A DNA stretch of 20,458 bases. It comes from a virus. Shown here piece by piece: positions 1 through 8,862 of the stretch. Location of the stretch: the IMG/VR virus record IMGVR_UViG_3300006065_000007, positions 1 to 20,458 of that record. The stretch is one strand, 5' to 3'. Each line of letters starts with the position of its first letter. Positions within the stretch are counted from its first letter, which is position 1. The translations under genes and the position numbers were made by a program. The notes under the pieces are model-generated. The model saw nothing but the letters and a program-made list of their open reading frames with translations. It searched no databases and had not been told where the DNA came from.

Positions 1-40
1 GTGAAGTCGCTGTTGAACAATTAACAATTAACGTATTTGG
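1..40. repeat. Perfect 40-bp inverted copy of 1242-1281
   Basis: 1-40 gtgaagtcgctgttgaacaattaacaattaacgtatttgg is the exact reverse complement of 1242-1281. Confidence 0.95.
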
Positions 41-3000
41 CGTTGGTGTTGATGTAGGAGTACTAGTTGGTGTTTCCTCTGGTGTTATTGTTGGGGTAGG
101 AGTACTAGTTGGTGTTTCTTCTGGTGTAATAGTTGGCGTTGGTGTTGATGTAGGAGTACTAGTTGGTGTTTCTTCTGGTGTAATAGTTGGCGTTGGTGTT
201 GGTGTTGGTATATTTACTACGGTACAAACAGGAAGAACACAAGGATCTCTATAAACAAACAAATCATCACAACTTTGTTCTATTTTAATATCATAACATT
301 CAAACGGCTCTTTAAGGTGTGAAGTTAATATCGTTTTATTATTTTCCAAAGATATACCATTAAATAAAATATTATGTGTCAAATCTTCTGATGTGTATAA
401 ATGAAAATAAAGATTTGGTTCACAATAATTTAAAGTTATACCTGTGACTTCAATTAATGTTCCTTCTTGATCCATTAAAAAATCACCTTTTTCAATAGTA
501 TCTTCACAGCAAGGTATTATTTCACCTGTTGTTGGTAAAATAAGATCTGAAGGATATCTATATAAAAATTGATAATGACTTTTTTCTAAATTCTCATCAT
601 ATTGTGTATAAACATAAAGTTTTGTAGTTGGTAAAACCTCATATTTTTCATTTATTATATATCTTTTAATAGAACTTAAACATTCTTTTTTTTCTAATTC
701 AACAAAATTATAATCAAATGAAAATTTTGCACCATCATTAAAAATATTTAGAAAATATTGATGTGATAATGTATTTGGGTTTTTTGGTGTAATTGTTAAT
801 AATTTATCACCTACAAGTGTTTCTGATACTGGAATTTCCAAAATATCACCATTATTGATAAGTGTCATTAACTCTTCCGATGTTTCAATATTAGGTTCAG
901 TATTTCCAGATAATATATAAACAGTACTTTCTTTTTTTAATCCATAATTAAAAGACGTTTTATACTGAACATTTGGTTCTATTGTATAACCACTATATAA
1001 TTCATTTGGTATAACTCTTAATCCTTCTATTCTAAGTTTCTGTTCACAATTTGCGGCATCTAAAACTATTATATCAAAAAGATCTGTTTCAGTTACATAT
1101 GGAATTTCATAAGTACAACCAGTAACAAAATAATAATCATAATTAAAATCACATAATGTACATGGTCCGTCCACACAAATATTACCTTTACTAATGTAAA
1201 AATAATAATAAGGGTCAAATGGGTCTGTTTCAACCCCCACACCAAATACGTTAATTGTTAATTGTTCAACAGCGACTTCACAAATGTTAAAATCATCAGG
1301 GTATAGAACTTCTGGTGTGAAAACATGTACTTCTAATTCACATTTAGGTATAGTATTAATATTTGTTTCATAATAAAAATCATATGTCCAATCACATTCG
1401 ATACTTTCTTTACCTGAAATAGTAAATTTAATTTTTTCTATACCATCATTATCCGTAAAATATTCGTGATGTATATTAAAGTCGTCGTTATTTATATCTA
1501 AAATAAGTTCATCAATAGTTTCTTTCCATTTTTGTTTTATATCTTCATTGTTAAAAACTAACCAATCTTTAAACTCACATATTAGAGGAATGAAATCTTC
1601 ATTACTTCTTAAAACTGTACAATTCTCATCAACTATTGATATAAATTCATTAAAAAACTTTAATAAATCGGTGGTTTTCTGTGATTTTACACCATTTACT
1701 TCAATAACAACATTAAATGTTAAACCACTAAATTCGATTAAACCTCTAAAATATTCCAGAATTTTAGTTCCTGGATTGTCCTCTACAGTTCCTAATAATT
1801 TTTCTAAATCACCAATAACAATAGTTTCAAAATCAGGGTATAAATTTTCAATAAATGTTAAAGGTAAACAAGGACCACTAGAATGTTTTCTATATTGATA
1901 TTTAGATCTACCAAACAAACCATTTTCGATTAAATGACCACCTGACCATAAGGTAGTTGCAGGTATAAATTGATCAACTATATTAATCCAATAAGGACTT
2001 AAACGTTCAATAAATTCATTAACTTTTATAAAATTATAAGGGGTAAACTGATTACTATTTTGATAATCAAAATAAATGTCTCTTAAAATTTTATATTCTT
2101 TTTTATATTTTATAACATTAGTATTTGGTATTGTTTCTTGTATTAAATCATCCAAGAATTCTGCGAATGTTTTACCTGTTTGTGGTGGTAATGATCCAAA
2201 TGTTAAAAATAATGTTGAACTTTTAGTAAATATATCATAATCAATCGCTCTATTTGTTGATATAAACAATTCTATATTTTTTCTATTTAAAATATATTTA
2301 GAATCATCTGTTTCATCAGCATTTTCTGTTTTTAAATTATTAACCACAGGTGTAAGATCGTAACCATAATCTAATCCAGGTAATGTTCTTAAAGCATCGA
2401 AATAATCTTCACCAAAAGTAAATGGTTTAGATTTGGTTTTAATCGTTTTAATTCTACCTGTTAAATCAGAATTATCATCATCTAAAATATCTGGTGATAT
2501 GTGTTCTATTATTTTTTTATACCATCCAGCACCTTTTTCAAAAAACATTGAACCATCACTAAGTTCAAATTTATTAGGTAAACCATTTTCTCTATTAACA
2601 GGATATTCAGATCTGGTAATATCAACAAAACTTATATTTGATTTAACTTTATAAGGTGGAATGTCAATATCTATTACGTTTGAGTAATTAACATCGTTAA
2701 AAGTATTAAAAGAAACTATTTGATTTTCACTAGAACCTGTTATTGTTCTTATATCTTCGTCATCATAATATGCAATATATTGAACTTTAGTACCTTGAAT
2801 TACTTCTGAAATATCATTTTCATATTGTTCTTTTGTTTTTGGTAAAGTATCGTTAACAATATATGTTAATTCATTGAAAATAATCATTGGTTCAGGTGCA
2901 CCTATAAATTTCATAAAAAATTCAATAGCACTTCTAGTTCCTTTTGATTTATAAATGTGTGCTAGATTAACTAAAATTCTTCTATAAAATTCATATTCGC

Positions 3001-4285
3001 TCTCGATAAGGTTTTTTCCTGTTAAATCTGCTTCATATTGTGTATTGTGTCTTTCATATAATAAGTCTTGTAAAGTTTTTTCATCAACAAGTTTTAAGGT
3101 AGATAGACCTAATGTTTCTGCTAAATTTTTTAAAAGAACATCTGGAACATTATTTATTTTATCATAACTTACATTTCTCATGTAAGCAATATTATCTATA
3201 AATTTTTTTACTTTATCAAAACTTTGACCATATAATTGAAAAATTGATTCTGCTTTTTTTTCTTCAGTATCAAATTCAAATAATTGTGGTGCAGTTAAAA
3301 ATCTTACAACAAGATTTGATTTATATTGGTCGATTTCTTCACTAATTGAACTTAATCGTTCAATATAATAATCAAATTCAAGACCAACGATTTGAATATT
3401 CCATCCGTCCTTAAATAATGGCCAAGTAACAAATTCTGTTATAAGTTCTGTTGATGACCCATTATTAAAATCTTTTGGTAATCTAAATTTTGCTTGATAT
3501 TTTGGAGATGTTTCTCTATCTAATAATACAGATTCTAATTCGTCTAAATTATTAAAAAATTCTTCTGTTACACCATCATTTGGTCTTATAAGATAATTGT
3601 TTAAATATTCGGTTGATCCTGAAAATAAATCACCATCTACTTTAAAGATTATTTTATTGGCGTTATTTGGTTCTTCATATGATAATATATCATATGTTTT
3701 ACCATTAATATCAATAACATATTTTTTATATGAAGAATAAAAATTTCTTAACGAATTTAAATCTTCTAATAAAGTATTTGTGTTTGGTGTTTTTAAAACA
3801 ATATCAAATGGGTTATATATTAAAGAGTTTGTGACAGTAAATTCCGTAGTATTTGTTACTATATCATAAGATATATTTTCCGCTGTAATTGATGTACTAC
3901 TAACGGGCATATCTTTATCAACATACAATCCTGCTGGAAAATGTTTTATTATTTTCTGAATAGATACACGTATTCTTTCTTTTAATGAGCCAAATAATGA
4001 TTTTGATCCATCATTTTTTGATGAATTAAATTTTATTTCGTTTTTTTTCTTACTATCAACATTTATTGTTGTAGTTTCTTGTTTTAAATCATTAAGTGTT
4101 AAAAAATCTGAAAATGGTTGTGTAATAAAATTTTTACTATCTTTTTCTGGTATAGTTTTATCAATAGTAAAATTAGTAGTCGTCATTTGACTACTACCGT
4201 CAGTTATTTGAAAACCAACTAAATTATCGCTGAATGTATCTTTTCCACTAGCAGCTTGACTAGGAACTTTAGTAAATTTCGCCAT
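1..4285 (-). CDS. Large baseplate/tail protein (>=1428 aa, 3' end outside window); P2 gpI / T4 gp7-like wedge region followed by a Cys-rich region and a Pro/Thr linker
   Basis: Not in the ORF track. I read the frame by hand from ATG at 4285 (MAKFTKVPSQAASGKDTFSDNLVGFQ...) to the window edge with no stop. The start overlaps the upstream stop (TAATG). It contains NNVPDVLLKNLAETLG and FYRRILVNLAHIYKSKGTRSAIEFF, resembling the 'P..L..LA' and 'KGT' motifs of gpI/gp7-type wedge proteins, and lies downstream of gp25 and gp6. The last 40 nt may be chimeric. Confidence 0.8.
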   Translation of the reverse strand, partial: MAKFTKVPSQAASGKDTFSDNLVGFQITDGSSQMTTTNFTIDKTIPEKDSKNFITQPFSDFLTLNDLKQETTTINVDSKKKNEIKFNSSKNDGSKSLFGSLKERIRVSIQKIIKHFPAGLYVDKDMPVSSTSITAENISYDIVTNTTEFTVTNSLIYNPFDIVLKTPNTNTLLEDLNSLRNFYSSYKKYVIDINGKTYDILSYEEPNNANKIIFKVDGDLFSGSTEYLNNYLIRPNDGVTEEFFNNLDELESVLLDRETSPKYQAKFRLPKDFNNGSSTELITEFVTWPLFKDGWNIQIVGLEFDYYIERLSSISEEIDQYKSNLVVRFLTAPQLFEFDTEEKKAESIFQLYGQSFDKVKKFIDNIAYMRNVSYDKINNVPDVLLKNLAETLGLSTLKLVDEKTLQDLLYERHNTQYEADLTGKNLIESEYEFYRRILVNLAHIYKSKGTRSAIEFFMKFIGAPEPMIIFNELTYIVNDTLPKTKEQYENDISEVIQGTKVQYIAYYDDEDIRTITGSSENQIVSFNTFNDVNYSNVIDIDIPPYKVKSNISFVDITRSEYPVNRENGLPNKFELSDGSMFFEKGAGWYKKIIEHISPDILDDDNSDLTGRIKTIKTKSKPFTFGEDYFDALRTLPGLDYGYDLTPVVNNLKTENADETDDSKYILNRKNIELFISTNRAIDYDIFTKSSTLFLTFGSLPPQTGKTFAEFLDDLIQETIPNTNVIKYKKEYKILRDIYFDYQNSNQFTPYNFIKVNEFIERLSPYWINIVDQFIPATTLWSGGHLIENGLFGRSKYQYRKHSSGPCLPLTFIENLYPDFETIVIGDLEKLLGTVEDNPGTKILEYFRGLIEFSGLTFNVVIEVNGVKSQKTTDLLKFFNEFISIVDENCTVLRSNEDFIPLICEFKDWLVFNNEDIKQKWKETIDELILDINNDDFNIHHEYFTDNDGIEKIKFTISGKESIECDWTYDFYYETNINTIPKCELEVHVFTPEVLYPDDFNICEVAVEQLTINVFGVGVETDPFDPYYYFYISKGNICVDGPCTLCDFNYDYYFVTGCTYEIPYVTETDLFDIIVLDAANCEQKLRIEGLRVIPNELYSGYTIEPNVQYKTSFNYGLKKESTVYILSGNTEPNIETSEELMTLINNGDILEIPVSETLVGDKLLTITPKNPNTLSHQYFLNIFNDGAKFSFDYNFVELEKKECLSSIKRYIINEKYEVLPTTKLYVYTQYDENLEKSHYQFLYRYPSDLILPTTGEIIPCCEDTIEKGDFLMDQEGTLIEVTGITLNYCEPNLYFHLYTSEDLTHNILFNGISLENNKTILTSHLKEPFECYDIKIEQSCDDLFVYRDPCVLPVCTVVNIPTPTPTPTITPEETPTSTPTSTPTPTITPEETPTSTPTPTITPEETPTSTPTSTPTPNTLIVNCSTATS
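38..208 (-). repeat. Coding tandem repeat encoding a Pro/Thr-rich linker (PTPTPTPTITPEETPTSTPTSTPTPTITPEETPTSTPTPTITPEETPTSTPTSTPTP)
   Basis: The anchor gtaggagtactagttggtgtttc occurs at 54, 96 and 150 (spacings 42 and 54 bp, both multiples of 3), in frame with the large ORF. Confidence 0.93.
1242..1281. repeat. Partner of the 40-bp inverted repeat (native copy, encodes EVAVEQLTINVF on the minus strand)
   Basis: ccaaatacgttaattgttaattgttcaacagcgacttcac is the reverse complement of 1-40. Confidence 0.95.
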
Positions 4286-5205
4286 TATTCAACATCTGTA
4301 ATAATATCTAAGTTTAATGTTTCGTCTATATCGTCTCTTTCTTCTCTTATTTCATATAACGTTTCATTAAATTCGTCTTTAATTTCATATAAATTATATT
4401 GTCTATAAATGTTATTTTCTTTATCATAAATTGTATAGATACCACTTTCAATTGCTTTACTTTGATTTCCATATAATGCATGTGCTAAAGTTGATTCATC
4501 GTGTTCAACCATTTCAACTTCAATAGTTATCGGATTAAAATACGTATTTGTGATAATTATTTTTTGATCTGGCTGACCAATGAATGGTATTGTGTTAGGT
4601 CTATTTGATGGTGATGAACTAGGTGTAAGTGTTAAAAACATTAAATTCGTTACCTGATCTGTATATCTATATCTTATAGCTTTTTCAGATACATTAGTTA
4701 GATTAGAAACAACTGGTTCACAATAAAATGATGATGTTATTAATCTATAAAAATTTTTCATTTTTGTATTATCTTCAGTATCGATATATTCTATTCTATA
4801 ACCAACTAAACCTTGTGGTATAAATTTATAAACATCATCTACTGGTACAGTTGATAAATCAACAACAATTCCTCTTACAGACGGAAGTGATGCCAAAATA
4901 CCGCAATCTGCTATTCTACATCTAATTTCTTTTGGTCTTATATATAATGTATAAACACCTAATTCAGAAAAATCAGCCGAATCTAAGGTTAAATTATATA
5001 AACCACCCAATATATCACTAACTGATGTTTCATCATCAATTGTTTCAGATGTGTGTATTACCGGATTTAAAATATCTGATGATAATTTTTTAAAATAAGT
5101 TGTAGATGGATTTTCTGTTCTATCTGATGAAAAATTACAAAAAATTTCAACATCAGATGAATCTACATCCGAAGGTCTAATATTGCCAAATGATCCAATT
5201 GCCAT
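4285..5205 (-). CDS. Hypothetical protein (306 aa), probably virion/baseplate-associated
   Basis: Long ORF with ATG start, inside the baseplate cluster, coupled by TAATG to the gpI/gp7-like gene. No recognisable catalytic motif. Confidence 0.75.
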   Translation of the reverse strand: MAIGSFGNIRPSDVDSSDVEIFCNFSSDRTENPSTTYFKKLSSDILNPVIHTSETIDDETSVSDILGGLYNLTLDSADFSELGVYTLYIRPKEIRCRIADCGILASLPSVRGIVVDLSTVPVDDVYKFIPQGLVGYRIEYIDTEDNTKMKNFYRLITSSFYCEPVVSNLTNVSEKAIRYRYTDQVTNLMFLTLTPSSSPSNRPNTIPFIGQPDQKIIITNTYFNPITIEVEMVEHDESTLAHALYGNQSKAIESGIYTIYDKENNIYRQYNLYEIKDEFNETLYEIREERDDIDETLNLDIITDVE

Positions 5206-5212
5206 GTTTTTT

Positions 5213-5224
5213 TATTTATAAATA
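5213..5224 (-). promoter_or_regulatory. Putative late promoter: palindrome TATTTATAAATA containing sense TATTTATA and TATAAATA
   Basis: Lies in a 25-bp intergenic gap upstream of ATG 5205. The same sense TATTTATA octamer precedes three other genes. Confidence 0.5.
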
Positions 5225-5230
5225 TAAAAA

Positions 5231-6331
5231 TTATTGTTTTTTAACATCAAAAAATCCATTTCCATAAATTTCTAATTCACCTGTACTTTTGATTTCAGAT
5301 AATCTAAAATTTCTTTCCATTACCCCTAGTTTCCCTCTTTCAACAAAAATATCAGAATAAATTGTTGGTTCTTCAACAAAACCTATAAAATGTTCGTTTC
5401 TAGTTATTTGTCCATTATATTCTTCATCTCTAAAAAATATAGATCTATCTTCAGGTATAAAAACTATTGTTTTACCATCTTTATAATCTCTATATCTTAT
5501 AGTTTCAGTATCACCAGTAATACCCGAATAAGTAAAACTATATCCTGTATATTCAGGGGTAATGGTTAAAAAATCATAATTATTATTAGATCCGTATTTT
5601 TTTAATTCGTCTAATCTACTTACGGTTTCACCTGTTATTTCAATATTATCCGTATATCCCGTGAATTTAGAATAATTTTCATATTGTGATTTTTTATGTA
5701 AGTCACCTAGTGTTACTTCTGAATAAGGTAGTTTTATTGTTTTTTTAACTATCTGTTTATCCCAATCTGAAGTTTTTGTTAAAGTTAATACGTAATCACC
5801 TATCGATGTATATGTATGTGTAACACCTGATGAAACTGGATCCAATATATCTGAACTACCATCACCCCAATCGATTACAAATTCAGAATCTATTAAAAAT
5901 CTATATTTATCTAAATTAACTGAATTATAAACAGTTATTGTTTTACTATTAGTTATACCGGTATATAAAAAATTATATTTTTGTTCTATTTGTTCAATTT
6001 CTCCATCGAAATCTGACATAATACCTAAATTATTAACAGTTTCGGTTAAAAATATTGGTAATTTAAAATTAAAATTTTCAGATGTTATTTCTTCCCATAT
6101 GTTACCATTCCATTTGTAGTTACCATTTAAAACTAAACCTTCAATATCATTTATATTTTTAACGATATATCCCACTTTAGGTGTATTATCCACATAATAA
6201 TTTTTTTCCGGTTCGTTAATAATCCAAGGAATTAATTCACCGTCATTATTATACCAATATCCACCATATATTGAATTTAATTTTACTTTAGGTATAAATT
6301 GTTTTAATATTTTAAATTCTATTTTTTCCAT
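5231..6331 (-). CDS. Putative virion protein with a PKD (Ig-like) domain (366 aa)
   Basis: FVIDWGDGSS...VTHTYTSIGDYVLTLT matches the PKD signature (W.FGDG...HTY...G.Y.V.L). Located in the structural cluster. Confidence 0.75.
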   Translation of the reverse strand: MEKIEFKILKQFIPKVKLNSIYGGYWYNNDGELIPWIINEPEKNYYVDNTPKVGYIVKNINDIEGLVLNGNYKWNGNIWEEITSENFNFKLPIFLTETVNNLGIMSDFDGEIEQIEQKYNFLYTGITNSKTITVYNSVNLDKYRFLIDSEFVIDWGDGSSDILDPVSSGVTHTYTSIGDYVLTLTKTSDWDKQIVKKTIKLPYSEVTLGDLHKKSQYENYSKFTGYTDNIEITGETVSRLDELKKYGSNNNYDFLTITPEYTGYSFTYSGITGDTETIRYRDYKDGKTIVFIPEDRSIFFRDEEYNGQITRNEHFIGFVEEPTIYSDIFVERGKLGVMERNFRLSEIKSTGELEIYGNGFFDVKKQ

Positions 6332-6334
6332 TAT

Positions 6335-7150
6335 TTAAAAAGGAATTTGATAAAAAGTTATTGGGTCATTTGAACGTCCTATAATATCATTATTCATCGT
6401 CAAAACCTCATATGTATAATTATCTCTATCGATAACTACTTTATAGTAAAAATCATCGGTTTCTTCAATTTCATTACCAATTGTATCTTTATTTACAAAA
6501 TTTAATATTGAACCATCACCAGCATTAAAAAACCTTGCTGTCATATAAAAAGTGTTTCCTGATAAAATAGATTCAGAAAAAATTTCATCTGTTTGAAACC
6601 AATATAAAAAAGATAACTCATTATGTCTATAATTAGAACCAATAAAAAAAGGAACAAAAATATAATCATTTGTTGGTGTATAAAAAACTCTTTCACTTGA
6701 TGTTATAGGTAAATTTTTAGTCATCACAAGTTTTCTATTTGACCTATCGATTATGAAATCTTCATCTTCTGAATCGTTTTCATCAACTTTAAAAAATTCT
6801 AATCTAAAAAAACTATTTGTAACTTTTTTATGAAGAGATGCGTTATCGGAATATGATATATCTACTAATGAATAATCTAAACCACCATCATAAGTACCAC
6901 CACTATAATTATAAAATAAAAATTTATACCAAATATCAGAAGATAAGTCCTCTGGATTTTCAGTTATTCCAGAATATGGTTGATAACTAAATCTTGCTGT
7001 TTCATAATTTTCGACAGGGTTTATTATTTTACGTAATGTTTCATCTTCAAATTGTTTTAAAGATTCTTCTTTACCTAAATCCGGTGAAAAATCAGTTTCA
7101 ATAGTAATATTTAAATTTTTGTTTTTATTTTTATTTCTTATAATTTTCAT
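6335..7150 (-). CDS. Hypothetical putative structural protein (271 aa)
   Basis: ORF track starts at TTG 7156. ATG at 7150 overlaps the upstream stop (TAATG) and is the more likely start. Aromatic, beta-strand-like composition. Confidence 0.75.
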   Translation of the reverse strand: MKIIRNKNKNKNLNITIETDFSPDLGKEESLKQFEDETLRKIINPVENYETARFSYQPYSGITENPEDLSSDIWYKFLFYNYSGGTYDGGLDYSLVDISYSDNASLHKKVTNSFFRLEFFKVDENDSEDEDFIIDRSNRKLVMTKNLPITSSERVFYTPTNDYIFVPFFIGSNYRHNELSFLYWFQTDEIFSESILSGNTFYMTARFFNAGDGSILNFVNKDTIGNEIEETDDFYYKVVIDRDNYTYEVLTMNNDIIGRSNDPITFYQIPF

Positions 7151-8862
7151 TAACAATTTATATTATCTGTTGGGTTATTATTTCTAGGTATATTAAAGTC
7201 ATATAAACCATCTTTTTTGTTTGTAAAATATCTTTCATTTCTTAAAAAGAAGTTAATATCGTTTTTAACATAATGAATATTATTCATAAATGGAAAATCG
7301 GTCCCAAAATTTAAATCATCTATATAACCATGATCATATAAGTCTCTCCAAACCCACAATTTCTCGTTTTTAAGGTACTTTGCGTTCTCAGGTAGGTTAT
7401 CTATCACAGGACTATTAGATACTTCAATATAGGGGGATAATTCCCTTAATTTGACCCTATAATGACTCTGGTAGAATAACCCAAATGGGTTATCAATAGT
7501 TGACCCACTAAATCCATCAACATCTCCTGTTTGACCATAATTAATAACTTCAGTTGGATTGGTTATTTTATGAAATGTTTCCGATATTGTTCTTTCTCGC
7601 ATTTCACTAGGAATATATTCTATAAAAGAACCAATAATACCATCATCACCTTTTTCTAATGGTAAATTATATAATGATATATCTGTAGAACCAGTTCCAA
7701 TAAAATGTTCATCTATCCACGAATCATGGAAATTAAATTTATATCCCACTTTAGGTGGTGTAATAAAATATTCGTTGGTATTTTTAAAAACAATAGTAAC
7801 ATAAACTTCAGTAGGTGTATAACCCAAATTATTAGTTAAACCATTTAAAACTAAAGGGTTTTTAAAATCATAAAGAACATTTTCCATACGGTTTCTAACT
7901 ACCAAAACATCAGTTTCACCTTCACTATTTTCTAATAATAATTTTTTTTCATCTTTCCAAATTGAACTTTCAAATCCTAAATTATCAATTACATAATCAT
8001 TTATATCTGTTAGTGTTTTATGTTTATGTATATAATATTGTGATGTACTATTTTCTATATTGGTATTATCTATACAACGTTTTCCTGTTACTATTTGATT
8101 AAACGTTGTTCCTGATGGTATTTGTGTTTTTAAAAGTTTAATTATATATTTTTCAGAATTATAATTTTCATTTCCAGTAGAATTGATATAATAAACTTCT
8201 TCGTCTATTATTACATATTCACCAGTATTCATACCATGTTCTACAGGACTTGTTAACACATAAAAATTTCCTAATTCTGTAACTTCAAATGGTATTCCAT
8301 CACTACTAACAAAATTTAAAACATCGTCTTTTGATGTATATGTCATAGGATAAAAATCATCCTGTTCATTTACATAAGTTAAATAAAAATTCCAATTATA
8401 ATATGATGCGTTTACTGGTGTTAAGTATTTAGATTCGTCTACTATTAATTCTTCTGTTGTAAAACCTGTAAATAAATTTAAATCATCTACACTCAATTCT
8501 GGAACTGATTCATGTATATAGTCTTGTCTAATAAATGCAAACTCATCGTATGGTAAATATCCTGAAAAATTTTGGTTTGAACCATCACCAACTAAATAAA
8601 GTTTCTTTCTTAGTTCTTCATAATCATCTGAAACATCACCAAAATATAAATTTTTAAATACCATTCGTATTTTACCATAAATTTTATAATTTAAACTTTC
8701 ATTTCGTTCTTCGTTAAAAAGTTCATTTACATCTAATACGACGTTTCTATCACCATTATTTAAACTTTTATTAACTTCTTCAAGTTTAATTTTAAAAGAT
8801 AAATTTTCGTCTGGTGCTTTTTTATATCGTTTATCGGGTAATATTATTCTTTTTTTTTCCAT
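7150..8862 (-). CDS. Hypothetical putative structural protein (570 aa)
   Basis: Long ORF with TAATG overlaps at both ends, in the baseplate cluster. No family recognised. Confidence 0.75.
   Translation of the reverse strand: MEKKRIILPDKRYKKAPDENLSFKIKLEEVNKSLNNGDRNVVLDVNELFNEERNESLNYKIYGKIRMVFKNLYFGDVSDDYEELRKKLYLVGDGSNQNFSGYLPYDEFAFIRQDYIHESVPELSVDDLNLFTGFTTEELIVDESKYLTPVNASYYNWNFYLTYVNEQDDFYPMTYTSKDDVLNFVSSDGIPFEVTELGNFYVLTSPVEHGMNTGEYVIIDEEVYYINSTGNENYNSEKYIIKLLKTQIPSGTTFNQIVTGKRCIDNTNIENSTSQYYIHKHKTLTDINDYVIDNLGFESSIWKDEKKLLLENSEGETDVLVVRNRMENVLYDFKNPLVLNGLTNNLGYTPTEVYVTIVFKNTNEYFITPPKVGYKFNFHDSWIDEHFIGTGSTDISLYNLPLEKGDDGIIGSFIEYIPSEMRERTISETFHKITNPTEVINYGQTGDVDGFSGSTIDNPFGLFYQSHYRVKLRELSPYIEVSNSPVIDNLPENAKYLKNEKLWVWRDLYDHGYIDDLNFGTDFPFMNNIHYVKNDINFFLRNERYFTNKKDGLYDFNIPRNNNPTDNINC

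Noticed and set aside
38-208. Possible CRISPR array
   Set aside because: The intervening sequences are themselves repeats, the units are in-frame codon repeats within a CDS, and no cas genes are present.
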